The position numbers were made by a program, and so were the translations under genes. DNA of 64,000 bases from Mariniphaga sp. (GTDB lineage: Bacteria; Bacteroidota; Bacteroidia; Bacteroidales; Prolixibacteraceae), in NCBI GenBank assembly GCA_041686935.1, contig JAWLCW010000005.1, positions 179,715-243,714 of the forward strand. The letters are read 5' to 3'. Under the pieces are notes generated by a model that was given only the letters and a program-made list of their open reading frames with translations, was not told where the DNA came from and did no database searches. Below, one piece after another: positions 34,526 to 44,139 of this stretch (the stretch's first letter is position 1; the number at the start of each line of letters is the position of its first letter).

Positions 34526-35755
34526 TCATGCACCCAGTTTTTTCTGCAGATTTTCATCAAGCGCTTCCAGGAATCCCTGTGTGGTGAGGTAATGTTCTTC
34601 CTTCAGATTTTTTCCGTGGATGATGAGCGCCAGGTCTTTTGTCATTTTCCCTGATTCTACGGTTTCAATGCAAACTTGTTCCAGGGTGTTGGCAAAGTTC
34701 ACCAGTTCCTGATTGCCATCCAGTTTTCCCCGGAATTCCAGTCCTCGGGTCCAGGCAAAAATAGAAGCGATGGGATTTGTTGAAGTTGGATTCCCTTTCT
34801 GGTGCTGTCTGAAGTGGCGGGTAACCGTTCCATGTGCTGCTTCGGCTTCCATGGTTTTTCCATCGGGTGTTACCAGTGTTGAAGTCATGAGTCCGAGTGA
34901 GCCAAAACCCTGAGCCACGGTGTCACTTTGTACATCGCCGTCATAGTTTTTACAGGCCCACACAAATCCGCCCTCCCATTTCAAGGCTGCGGCAACCATA
35001 TCGTCAATCAAACGGTGTTCGTAAGTGATACCAATTTCTTCAAATTTTTCCTTGTATTCAGTTTCAAATACTTCCTGAAAAATGTCTTTAAAACGGCCAT
35101 CGTATTTTTTCAGAATGGTGTTTTTGGTTGACATGTAAAGCGGCCATTTTTTCAGGATTGCCTGATTCATACACGAGCGGGCAAATCCGTAAATAGACTC
35201 GTCGGTGTTGTACATGGCCATGGCCACACCGTCGCCCTCAAAATGATACACTTCGTGTGAAATGGGCTCACTTCCGTCGTCGGGAGTAAAAGAGATGGTC
35301 AGTTTTCCTTTTCCTTTGGTTACAAAATCGGTAGCGCGGTACTGGTCTCCGAAAGCATGACGGCCAATACAAATAGGTTTTTTCCAGCCCGGAACCAAAC
35401 GGGGAATATTTTTAATGAGGATAGGTTCGCGAAAAACAGTACCTCCCAGGATATTACGGATGGTGCCGTTTGGCGATTTCCACATGTGTTTTAACCCGAA
35501 CTCTTCTACCCTTACTTCATCCGGAGTGATAGTTGCACATTTTACACCTACTCCGTATTTTTGAATAGCGTGCGCTGCGTCAACAGTAATTTGATCGTCC
35601 GTTGAATCGCGGCTTTCCATACCCAAATCGAAATATTTTAATTCGATATCGAGATAGGGCAAGATAAGTTTTTCCTTAATAAAATTCCAGATTACCCGCG
35701 TCATTTCATCTCCGTCGAGCTCTACCACAGGATTTTGAACTTTGATTTTTTGCAT
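34526..35755 (-). CDS. idh: Isocitrate dehydrogenase (NADP), eukaryote-like type (subfamily II)
   Basis: 409 aa. [38 protein letters not shown] is the IDH1/IDH2-type N-terminus. Confidence 0.9.
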   Translation of the reverse strand: MQKIKVQNPVVELDGDEMTRVIWNFIKEKLILPYLDIELKYFDLGMESRDSTDDQITVDAAHAIQKYGVGVKCATITPDEVRVEEFGLKHMWKSPNGTIRNILGGTVFREPILIKNIPRLVPGWKKPICIGRHAFGDQYRATDFVTKGKGKLTISFTPDDGSEPISHEVYHFEGDGVAMAMYNTDESIYGFARSCMNQAILKKWPLYMSTKNTILKKYDGRFKDIFQEVFETEYKEKFEEIGITYEHRLIDDMVAAALKWEGGFVWACKNYDGDVQSDTVAQGFGSLGLMTSTLVTPDGKTMEAEAAHGTVTRHFRQHQKGNPTSTNPIASIFAWTRGLEFRGKLDGNQELVNFANTLEQVCIETVESGKMTKDLALIIHGKNLKEEHYLTTQGFLEALDENLQKKLGA

Positions 35756-35766
35756 GTAAACTATTA

Positions 35767-38025
35767 TTAATTTTGTTTTCGTATCAGATTAAGTGCCGAT
35801 CCGGCTTTAAACCATTCTATCTGCTGAGAATTGTATGTGTGGTTCAGTTTTATTGTATGTTTAGAACCATCAGTATGAACGACCTCCAGTGTAAGTTGCT
35901 TGTCAGGTGCAAATGAATTTAAATCTACAAAGTTGAACGTGTCGTCTTCTTTTATTTTCTCGTAATCGGCTTCATTGTCGAAAGTAAGTGCCAGCATTCC
36001 CTGCTTTTTCAGGTTGGTTTCATGAATTCGGGCAAATGACTTTACAATGACTGCGCGAACGCCAAGATGGCGCGGCTCCATGGCTGCGTGTTCGCGGGAA
36101 GAACCCTCGCCGTAGTTGTGATCGCCAACAATAATAGTAGGTATTCCGGCAACCTTGTATGCCCGCTGTACTTTAGGCACCTCACTGTATTCTCCGGTAA
36201 GCTGATTTTTAACTTTATTCGATTCGTTATTGAACGCATTAATTGCTCCAATAAGCAGATTATTGGAAATATTATCGAGGTGACCCCGATACCGCAACCA
36301 GGGACCTGCCATTGAAATGTGGTCGGTGGTGCATTTCCCCAGAGCCTTAATTAACAGTTTGGCTCCGGCAATGTTTTTTCCATTCCATGGCTCAAAAGGT
36401 TCAAGCAATTGCAAACGATTCGAATCCGGTTCTACAACAACATTCACTTTTGAGCCGTCTTTTGCAGGAGCCTGATAACCGGGATCTTTAACATCGAATC
36501 CTTTAACCGGTAGTTCGTAACCAGTTGGCGGATCAAGTTTTATTTCTTCGCCTTTTTCGTTGGTTAGCGTATCGTTTAAAGGATCGAAATCAAGTCTGCC
36601 CGAAATGGCCAGTGCAGTTACCAGTTCAGGCGAAGTTACAAAAGCATGGGTATTCGGATTTCCGTCGTTTCGTTTTGAAAAGTTTCGGTTGAACGAATGG
36701 ACGATAGTGTTTTTTTCATTTTTGTCTGATCCGGGCCTGGCCCACTGTCCAATGCAGGGCCCGCAAGCATTCGCAAAAACCTTGCCTCCCATTTGCTCAA
36801 AAATATTAATATACCCGTCGCGTTCAATCGTATATCGAACCTGTTCAGAGCCAGGTGTTATGGTAAATTCCGATTTGGCATTTAATCCTTTATCTACAGC
36901 CTGTTTTGCGATGGACGCTGCCCGTGAAATATCTTCATACGACGAGTTGGTGCAGCTACCTATCAACCCCACTGAAACATGGAGCGGCCAGCCGTTTTTC
37001 TCTGCTGTTTCTTTCATTTTTGAAACTGGTGTTGCCAGGTCGGGAGTGAACGGGCCATTAATGTGCGGCTTCAACTCTGTAAGATTAATCTCAATAAGCT
37101 GGTCGTAATATTTTTCAGGATTTTGATAAACCTCAGGGTCTGGAGACAAAACATCTTTAATCTGGTTTGCCATTTCTGCAACTTCAGCTCTTCCGGTTGC
37201 TCTAAGGTAGCGTTCCATGCTTTCGTCGTAGGCAAAAAGGCTGGTGGTAGCGCCCACTTCGGCTCCCATGTTGCATATAGTTCCTTTTCCTGTGGCAGAA
37301 AGCGATTCGGCGCCTTCGCCAAAATATTCAATGATAGCCCCGGTGCCTCCTTTTACAGTAAGAATTCCGGCCACTTTCAGAATAATGTCTTTTGGTGCAG
37401 TCCAGCCGTTCAGTTTTCCGGTGAGTTTTACTCCAATGAGTTTTGGCATTTTCAACTCCCAGGCCATACCTGCCATCACGTCAACGGCATCGGCGCCTCC
37501 AACACCAATGGCAACCATTCCCAGCCCTCCGGCATTGGGTGTGTGCGAATCGGTGCCAATCATCATTCCGCCAGGAAATGCATAATTTTCCAGCACAACC
37601 TGGTGTATGATGCCGGCGCCGGGTTTCCAAAATCCGATTCCATATTTGTTGGATACCGATTCAAGAAAGTCGAACACTTCTTTATTGGCATTAAACGCCA
37701 CATTTAGGTCGGTTTTTCCGTCAACCTGCGCCTGAATGAGGTGGTCACAATGTACAGTTGACGGAACTTCCGTGGTTTCTTTCCCGGAGTTCATAAACTG
37801 CAGCAATGCCATTTGGGCCGTTGCATCCTGCATGGCAACCCTGTCGGGAGCAAAATCCACATAATCTTTTCCCCGCCCGAAAATTTCGAGAGACTGGGTT
37901 TCAAACAAATGGGAATAAAGAATTTTTTCGGCATAGGTGAGGGGTCGGTTCAGTTTTTCTTTGGCTTTTTTTACCCTGGTGGGCAAATGCTCATAAACTT
38001 TTTTGATCAAGTCTGCGTCAAACAT
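35767..38025 (-). CDS. acn: Aconitate hydratase (mitochondrial-type, about 750 aa)
   Basis: 752 aa. The Fe-S ligand contexts are IGSCTNSS and [10 protein letters not shown], and the swivel-domain block [15 protein letters not shown] is present. Confidence 0.9.
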   Translation of the reverse strand: MFDADLIKKVYEHLPTRVKKAKEKLNRPLTYAEKILYSHLFETQSLEIFGRGKDYVDFAPDRVAMQDATAQMALLQFMNSGKETTEVPSTVHCDHLIQAQVDGKTDLNVAFNANKEVFDFLESVSNKYGIGFWKPGAGIIHQVVLENYAFPGGMMIGTDSHTPNAGGLGMVAIGVGGADAVDVMAGMAWELKMPKLIGVKLTGKLNGWTAPKDIILKVAGILTVKGGTGAIIEYFGEGAESLSATGKGTICNMGAEVGATTSLFAYDESMERYLRATGRAEVAEMANQIKDVLSPDPEVYQNPEKYYDQLIEINLTELKPHINGPFTPDLATPVSKMKETAEKNGWPLHVSVGLIGSCTNSSYEDISRAASIAKQAVDKGLNAKSEFTITPGSEQVRYTIERDGYINIFEQMGGKVFANACGPCIGQWARPGSDKNEKNTIVHSFNRNFSKRNDGNPNTHAFVTSPELVTALAISGRLDFDPLNDTLTNEKGEEIKLDPPTGYELPVKGFDVKDPGYQAPAKDGSKVNVVVEPDSNRLQLLEPFEPWNGKNIAGAKLLIKALGKCTTDHISMAGPWLRYRGHLDNISNNLLIGAINAFNNESNKVKNQLTGEYSEVPKVQRAYKVAGIPTIIVGDHNYGEGSSREHAAMEPRHLGVRAVIVKSFARIHETNLKKQGMLALTFDNEADYEKIKEDDTFNFVDLNSFAPDKQLTLEVVHTDGSKHTIKLNHTYNSQQIEWFKAGSALNLIRKQN

Positions 38026-38132
38026 GTTTATTTCTTTTATATGATTGTTATTTTTCTCCTAAATTATCACAAAAATTAACAATAAAAAACGATAAAAGTT
38101 CCAATTTTTTATCCTGAAATTTTTTGCGATTC

Positions 38133-38140
38133 CAAATATA
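38133..38140 (-). promoter_or_regulatory. Bacteroidota -7 promoter motif TAnnTTTG upstream of acn
   Basis: The reverse complement reads TATATTTG, about 108 nt upstream of the acn ATG. This is a motif match only. Confidence 0.3.
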
Positions 38141-38169
38141 GGAAAAAAATGACAAAAGTCAGTTTTTAC

Positions 38170-38880
38170 TTATTTCTGCATGGCTTGTTTCTTCAATTGT
38201 TCAGGCATTTTTTCGATGGCATACCTCAGTGCGGTTCGGGGCATCTCTGTTTTATTCTGCATCACAAATTCAAAAACCAACTGTTGATTGGCCTGGCTGG
38301 CGGCTTTCAGCATCCAGCCGTAACCTTTCTGAACCATATCATCTTTATCAGTGAGCAGAATACCGGCAATTTCAAAAATGTCGGAGAGAAACAGTCCTTT
38401 CCGGGCCGGAATTATAAGCGAAACTGCTGATGCACGTCTTACCCACCGGTTTTCTGAACGGGCAAATTCTTTCAGTTTTCCAATGAATTCAGGGTACATC
38501 ATTACAAAATTGCCCACCGTGTGGTTACAAAGCGTATCGCACGAGGCCCAGTTGTTCACGTACTTTTTAATCCATCTTTCAAAAACGTCGAAATCTGCCG
38601 GTTCAAATCGCTTTTGCAACCGGTCGGACCAGTCGCAGGCGATAAACGACTCCTCCAGGTACCCCGATTGCCAAAATATATCGCATAAACCAAAGATTTC
38701 AGACTTTGGCTTGTCTTTCATTTTGGAAAAAAATTCTTTGCTGATTTTTTTTACGGTTGCCGTTTTTGCCCCGTAAACTGTTATAGCTTCCTTAAAATAG
38801 CGCTGACTACCCAATCTTGTTTTTTCGTCACTGTTTTCGATAAGGGCCTGGCGAATTTGGTGAATAATTTTGTTTGTCAT
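38170..38880 (-). CDS. DNA alkylation repair protein (AlkD-like HEAT-repeat fold)
   Basis: 236 aa, all-helical. The N-terminal block NSDEKTRLGSQRYFKEAITVYGAKTATVKKISKEF and the motifs W..R.A...L are typical of the DNA_alkylation family. Confidence 0.75.
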   Translation of the reverse strand: MTNKIIHQIRQALIENSDEKTRLGSQRYFKEAITVYGAKTATVKKISKEFFSKMKDKPKSEIFGLCDIFWQSGYLEESFIACDWSDRLQKRFEPADFDVFERWIKKYVNNWASCDTLCNHTVGNFVMMYPEFIGKLKEFARSENRWVRRASAVSLIIPARKGLFLSDIFEIAGILLTDKDDMVQKGYGWMLKAASQANQQLVFEFVMQNKTEMPRTALRYAIEKMPEQLKKQAMQK

Positions 38881-38883
38881 CTT

Positions 38884-39564
38884 TTAAATTTTTTTTCTGA
38901 AATATTGAAGAAGAAATATATCAATAACCAAAACCAGCAAATTCCAGACAATAAGTGCCGCAAATCCGGCTGGAGAAAACAGCCAGTTCATATCAACTGA
39001 TGTTAAAATGGCAGACGCACAACTGCTTATTCCGTTAATGAGAAAAAGAATTTTTAACGTTCGTTGCAATTTTTCGTTTTCGAAAATAAATGCCATAAAA
39101 ATAAAGGATAACCCAATTCCGCCCCAGCCATACATTTCGAGCGCCCATGCAAAAGAACCCGGATTGGCCATACTAAAAACCGCCAGAACGGATGATGCTT
39201 CGGGCGGATTGTTGGTGGCAAGGTAGGGAACATAAGTGGTTTGTATAATATAGTTCAGAAAAACAATGGCCGTAAAAACAATGTTGATTGCAAGGCCCGA
39301 CAATGCCCATATCTTTTTTGTTTCATTTGAAGTGAGATACAAGACCAAAAATGTGAGTAACGACCCGATGACCAGAAAAAAGCCAAAGAAAAAGGTAGCG
39401 GTTTGCAGCGGATGAAAAGATTCGATAAAAAGTTCGGGACTTTGCCACAGCGGTTGCGGATAGAAAATAGCTGTTATAACAGGGAATACAAGACCCGAAA
39501 AGATAATCCCGAAAATGTTAAGGTAAACAGCGTTTCTTCCAATGCGGGCAAGTTTTGAATTCAT
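38884..39564 (-). CDS. Hypothetical integral membrane protein
   Basis: 226 aa with about 6 hydrophobic helices. I recognised no motif. Confidence 0.4.
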   Translation of the reverse strand: MNSKLARIGRNAVYLNIFGIIFSGLVFPVITAIFYPQPLWQSPELFIESFHPLQTATFFFGFFLVIGSLLTFLVLYLTSNETKKIWALSGLAINIVFTAIVFLNYIIQTTYVPYLATNNPPEASSVLAVFSMANPGSFAWALEMYGWGGIGLSFIFMAFIFENEKLQRTLKILFLINGISSCASAILTSVDMNWLFSPAGFAALIVWNLLVLVIDIFLLQYFRKKI

Positions 39565-39579
39565 GATTTATAAGTTTAT

Positions 39580-40509
39580 TCAGTTAACTGTTTTTAAATG
39601 AATTTTTACAAACTCCACAATTTCATTCATTGCTTCAGTGGCCTCAGGGAACATGGGAGCCAGCAAAGGGTAACAGTGAACCATTCCAATGCCTGCCCTG
39701 AAGGTAACATCCACACCTTCGTTTTTTGCTTTTATGCTGAATTTTTCTCCATCGTCAAACAATTCATCATCTACTGCTGAATTGATAAAAAGCGGTGGCA
39801 GCCCTTTTAAATCGCCAAATAACGGCGAAATAAGCGGATGGTTTGCAGCCGTGCTTCCACAGTAATGATTGCTGAAAACATCCCATGAATTTAGGGGCGC
39901 CGGTGAAATTCTGTTTTTTGTTTTATACGATTCGCCGGAGCAGGTCAGGTCGGTCCAGGGTGAAATGGCAACGGCAGCAACGGGCAGGGGAATGTTTTTT
40001 TCTTTTAATGCAAGTAAAGTTGCCAGGCACAATCCGCCGCCTGCCGATTCGCCTGCCATCAGAATATTTTCAGGTTGAAATCCCGAAGCCAGCAACCGTT
40101 TGTATATTTTCACCGAATCGTCCAACGCTGCCGGGAATGGATTTTCGGGCGCCAGCCGGTATTCAAAAATGAGATTTGTTACACCGGTAAATTGCGCAAA
40201 TTTCGAAACAAATCCCCGGTGGTCGCAGCATGAACCTGAAACATAGCCACCACCGTGAACATATAAAATCAGTTTTTCAGGATTTGCCCCGGCCGGAATT
40301 AACCATTCTGATTTAATTCCTTCGATGTTTTGCTCCTTAAGTTGAATGCTTTTCGGAATTTTTGCATACCTGGCCGCTCCTTTTTCGCATTCTTCCCTGA
40401 ATTTTTCAATGGAAGTATCCATTGTGAATGTTTCCTTTTTTAGTTTTCCGCGAAGCAAATGGCTGTTTCGCATCATAAAATTGAAAACCCGGCTTTTAAA
40501 ACTTGTCAT
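39580..40509 (-). CDS. Alpha/beta hydrolase (hormone-sensitive-lipase-like esterase)
   Basis: 309 aa. It has the oxyanion motif HGGGY and the nucleophile elbow GESAGG. Confidence 0.8.
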   Translation of the reverse strand: MTSFKSRVFNFMMRNSHLLRGKLKKETFTMDTSIEKFREECEKGAARYAKIPKSIQLKEQNIEGIKSEWLIPAGANPEKLILYVHGGGYVSGSCCDHRGFVSKFAQFTGVTNLIFEYRLAPENPFPAALDDSVKIYKRLLASGFQPENILMAGESAGGGLCLATLLALKEKNIPLPVAAVAISPWTDLTCSGESYKTKNRISPAPLNSWDVFSNHYCGSTAANHPLISPLFGDLKGLPPLFINSAVDDELFDDGEKFSIKAKNEGVDVTFRAGIGMVHCYPLLAPMFPEATEAMNEIVEFVKIHLKTVN

Positions 40510-40527
40510 GGCGTCTGATTAATTTAA

Positions 40528-40992
40528 TCACTGAATAAGATTCGTTTCGGTTGTAAAATATTTTTGAACCCGGGGCAGAAGACTGGTAATTATAATGAGC
40601 ATGCCAACTGCTGCAATTACTGGCTGCAAAAAAAAGTACCCGGTAATAAGCTGCTGAACAATTATCCAAATGTTGGCACCAATTCCGCTGAAGATCGCGT
40701 AAATCCAGCCCCAGTGTTTTTCAGGAAAACAATTTAATGTATCGAACAACCTGATACGCTTTTTCGAGAAAATGCCAAAAAGGGCGATGGCGGGAAAAAT
40801 TCCCAAGAACAGAATAAGCAGAATTCCGGGAAATAAAAAGTTTGAAAACGGAGAATCCTCAAGCCATGTTGCGTTTATGCCCATTAAAGAGCCATCAGGT
40901 TTCAGAATAAAACCAACTCCGCCGTATAAAGCGTTGAGGGATAGAATTATCAGTAATAGAATTAAAATCCAGATTTCAAAAGGCCGCTTCAT
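40528..40992 (-). CDS. Hypothetical membrane protein
   Basis: 154 aa with 4 hydrophobic helices. Confidence 0.4.
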   Translation of the reverse strand: MKRPFEIWILILLLIILSLNALYGGVGFILKPDGSLMGINATWLEDSPFSNFLFPGILLILFLGIFPAIALFGIFSKKRIRLFDTLNCFPEKHWGWIYAIFSGIGANIWIIVQQLITGYFFLQPVIAAVGMLIIITSLLPRVQKYFTTETNLIQ

Positions 40993-41170
40993 TTTATTGT
41001 CTTTTTCAGGGGCCTAAATTTAATTCAAATTACATTGATTTTTATTGTTTAAAGGCAAAATAATTTAGTTGAAAATAAATACCACGGGTGTGTATTAAAA
41101 TGAAATTTGAATTTAGAATTTGAGGGGTGAAATCCGGTTTTTTATGTGGATGTTTATAAATAAAATGAAG

Positions 41171-41196
41171 AAGGATGGGCTCAACAACCCATCCTT
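41171..41196. terminator. 9-bp stem hairpin downstream of the 41337-42074 gene
   Basis: AAGGATGGG (41171-41179) pairs with CCCATCCTT (41188-41196). T-rich sequence follows on both strands. Confidence 0.4.
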
Positions 41197-41336
41197 TTCT
41201 CATTAAACTAACTAACCTAACTAAACCTAAACTTATGAAAATAAACGTACCACAAATATAACGGCAGTTTTGATTTTGGCAAACTCTAAACTGTTAAATC
41301 ATGTTAAAGAAATTCAAATTATTTCTTAACATTTTG

Positions 41337-42074
41337 CTATTGCGGAATAAAAGTATAATGGATCGTCCCCCGTTGCGGATCGGGCGCTGAGGGATCGGCA
41401 TTGAAAACTGTGCGTGATGCGGCAGCTTTTGCATAAAGATATATCTGCTCATCCCTGATTGCCGGATTTGGACGTGGATCGGCCTGTGTTACCTGACCCT
41501 GGCGGTTCACAGTAATATCAACAATTACAGTCCCGCCGCTTTGTGCAAGATATACAGGAATGGGTAACCGCAGGTGGTAACGGTTTTCAAGGTAGTAAAC
41601 AATATTGCTTTCACCCGTATAAATAACATTTTCAATAGTTTCCGGGTCCATTCCCTCAGTTGTTTGCACGGGCATTTTTATATCATCGAGACTTACTGTT
41701 TCTTTTGAAAGCTGGTTGTTTACGTCGGCAACAAGTTGCCGTGCAGCCTCAACCTCGCGAAGGTAATCTTCATCGAAAAATTCTTCGGGTTGTGCCAGCC
41801 TGTTGGATGCTACATTTGTACGACTGCTTTGCATTTGCGACAATGGGGCAGCAGCTTCATTCGGAATCGGTTCTCCCTCTTGTTGATCAATCTGATCCGG
41901 GATTTCAGGTTCAGGCAAAAAGTCAGGAAACTCAATTAGCAATTCTTCCTCCTGAACAGTTCCTTTCATATCAACTTCTGCCAAAAGAAACAATGAAACG
42001 AGCAAAATATGAAATACCAGGGTTCCCATAACCCCGTAGATATTTCGTTTATATATTTTATACAGCTTTCCCAC
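41337..42074 (-). CDS. Membrane-anchored protein with an acidic/Pro-rich linker and a TonB-C-like end
   Basis: 245 aa. One N-terminal TM helix is followed by the EPEIPDQIDQQEGEPIP linker and a C-terminal beta-rich domain. This is a weak call. Confidence 0.35.
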   Translation of the reverse strand: MGKLYKIYKRNIYGVMGTLVFHILLVSLFLLAEVDMKGTVQEEELLIEFPDFLPEPEIPDQIDQQEGEPIPNEAAAPLSQMQSSRTNVASNRLAQPEEFFDEDYLREVEAARQLVADVNNQLSKETVSLDDIKMPVQTTEGMDPETIENVIYTGESNIVYYLENRYHLRLPIPVYLAQSGGTVIVDITVNRQGQVTQADPRPNPAIRDEQIYLYAKAAASRTVFNADPSAPDPQRGTIHYTFIPQ

Positions 42075-42284
42075 AAGGCAAAAGTATAAATTAACTCTTA
42101 AACAACCGGAGCTCTGTAAAGAAAGAAAACAGGATTTGTTACCTGATTTTTTGCATACCAGTAATCACCGGACTACTTCTTTAACTTAAATTAACAGCAG
42201 GTATTTTGTAGTTGAGTTGTGAAAATCGCTATTTTTCTGAAAAAAATAAAGCAATCATTTATTGTTTACAAGTGGCAATTGATT

Positions 42285-44135
42285 ATGCGAAGCCGTTTCT
42301 TAATAACACAGATAGTATTTGTTTTGATTTTGTTATTTCCCTGCATCAGGGCAATGGCACAGTCAAACCAACCGGACACCATTGCCATAGAAAACGATAT
42401 TTCTGAAAAATACAATCAGTTTTACGACAGCCTCGAATACAAAGCAAAACAAAAAACATTAACACGGCTCATCTATGATTTTTTGGTGTCACCTCCAAGG
42501 CCTTATGTTGACAGGGAAGCATTTTCGCTGGAATATTACGGTAAACTGGAAGGAAAGATTATTTCTGAGATTTCAATTCAGCCACTTGAAGTTTTCGGAC
42601 CTACATTTGAAGATACAACAAGGAAAGCAAAATCGTTTGTTGAAAAAGCCGCTAATTCAGTTCATTCGCGGTCGAATATGAAAACAATTGAAAAGATGCT
42701 TCTTTTTAATGTCGGCGATTTTCTTGATCCTGAAGTTTTATATGAAAACGAACGAATCATCAGGTCGCTACCCTACATTCAGGATGTCAGGATAATTCTG
42801 GAACAGGACACAGTTTACAAGGGACTCGTTAAAGTGCTTGTTCTCACCAAAGACAGATTTTCGTTAGGTGTATCAGGAGGTGTTGACGGCGGTAATTCTG
42901 CAGCGCTTGAAGTGTACAACCAGAATATTTTTGGAGTTGGGCATGAAATTTCATTCAGGTTTGTCGGACATCTGAACCGGCAGCCATATACCGGACTGGA
43001 GACCTTTTACAAGATCAATAACATCAGGGGGAAGTTTATAGATATTGCTGCGGGCTACATGAATACATACAAAAAAGAAGGATTCAGTTTTATTATGGAC
43101 AAACCGTTTGTTACACCTTCCATTAAATGGGGATATGGTGGTTCGGCATTGCGAATGTACCGCACCGATCGGATTTTTGATAATGATCCGATTCAAACTG
43201 CCATTCCAATGGAATTGTCGTTTTTGAGTGCATGGGGAGGGCGAAGTTTTCAAATTAAACCCAACCACTACCAAAACTCGCAAATGGTGCTTTCCGCAGG
43301 AATTTATAACCGAACTTATTACCAAAGACCTGTCCCTTTGGAAGATGAAAGTCAGTATTTTTCCAACAGCACCTTTTATATGACCGGAATAACTTTTACA
43401 CAGCGCAGGTATTTGCAGGACCAATTGGTTTACAGTTACGGAATTACTGAGGATATTCCCGAAGGCTTTAAGAATGAGATTGTTTATGGATTTGATGCCA
43501 ACGAATTTGGAAACCGCCACTATGCCCACCTTTTCCTGTCGAACGGAAATTTTTTGGTAAACAGGCAGGGGTACCTTTATCTGGCTGCCGGAATTGGCGG
43601 ATATTTTAAAGATAGCGATTATGAGCAGGGGCAAATACAGGGAAGCCTGAATTTTATATCGAGGCAGGTTCATGCGGGTCGAAAAAGGTTCAGGCTATTC
43701 CTTCGTGGAAATTATATGCTTGGAATCCGAAGGTTTGAAATTGAAAATCTTACTTTGACCAGAAATGAGCATATCAGAGGATTTTCGAGTAGAGAGGCTG
43801 TGGGAAAACAACGTCTTAGCCTTGATCTGGAATATGTTTTATTCCTTCGCCGGGAATTTTACAAGTTCAATATGGCTATGTACGGATTTGCCGATGTAGG
43901 TATTATCGGTTCAAACCGGACACTCATTTTTACTGAAAGGTATTACAGCGGATTAGGTTTCGGAATGCGCATCCACAACGAAAATCTGGTATTTAAAACT
44001 TTTCATTTACGACTTGCATTTTATCCTTTTCCCCCGTCAGACATGCGTTTCACCGGTTTCATACTGGAAGAGCAACTTAAAAAAGATTTTTACAGTTTCC
44101 GTCCGCTTCCTCCGCAGCCGCTGAGGTTTGAATAG
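42285..44135 (+). CDS. Hypothetical outer-membrane beta-barrel protein (Omp85-like)
   Basis: I chose the start at ATG 42285 (MRSRFLITQIVFVLILLFPCIRAMAQ signal). The sequence has alternating aromatic-rich beta-strands and ends in RFE. The ORF-track GTG start at 42219 is less likely. Confidence 0.4.
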   Translation: MRSRFLITQIVFVLILLFPCIRAMAQSNQPDTIAIENDISEKYNQFYDSLEYKAKQKTLTRLIYDFLVSPPRPYVDREAFSLEYYGKLEGKIISEISIQPLEVFGPTFEDTTRKAKSFVEKAANSVHSRSNMKTIEKMLLFNVGDFLDPEVLYENERIIRSLPYIQDVRIILEQDTVYKGLVKVLVLTKDRFSLGVSGGVDGGNSAALEVYNQNIFGVGHEISFRFVGHLNRQPYTGLETFYKINNIRGKFIDIAAGYMNTYKKEGFSFIMDKPFVTPSIKWGYGGSALRMYRTDRIFDNDPIQTAIPMELSFLSAWGGRSFQIKPNHYQNSQMVLSAGIYNRTYYQRPVPLEDESQYFSNSTFYMTGITFTQRRYLQDQLVYSYGITEDIPEGFKNEIVYGFDANEFGNRHYAHLFLSNGNFLVNRQGYLYLAAGIGGYFKDSDYEQGQIQGSLNFISRQVHAGRKRFRLFLRGNYMLGIRRFEIENLTLTRNEHIRGFSSREAVGKQRLSLDLEYVLFLRREFYKFNMAMYGFADVGIIGSNRTLIFTERYYSGLGFGMRIHNENLVFKTFHLRLAFYPFPPSDMRFTGFILEEQLKKDFYSFRPLPPQPLRFE

Positions 44136-44139
44136 CCGG

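Noticed and set aside
41201-41236. CTAA-rich low-complexity stretch (AAACTAACTAACCTAACTAAACCTAAAC)
   Set aside because: It is short and irregular, and it lies in a promoter or terminator gap. There is no evidence of function or of a regular repeat unit.
42219-42284. The GTG start at 42219 for the outer-membrane protein, and similar upstream extensions of iorA (26868), fumarase (48913), ClC (59405), amn (58046) and icd (34560)
   Set aside because: In each case an internal ATG yields the canonical family N-terminus or a proper signal peptide. The upstream extensions encode implausible sequence or overlap the neighbouring gene.
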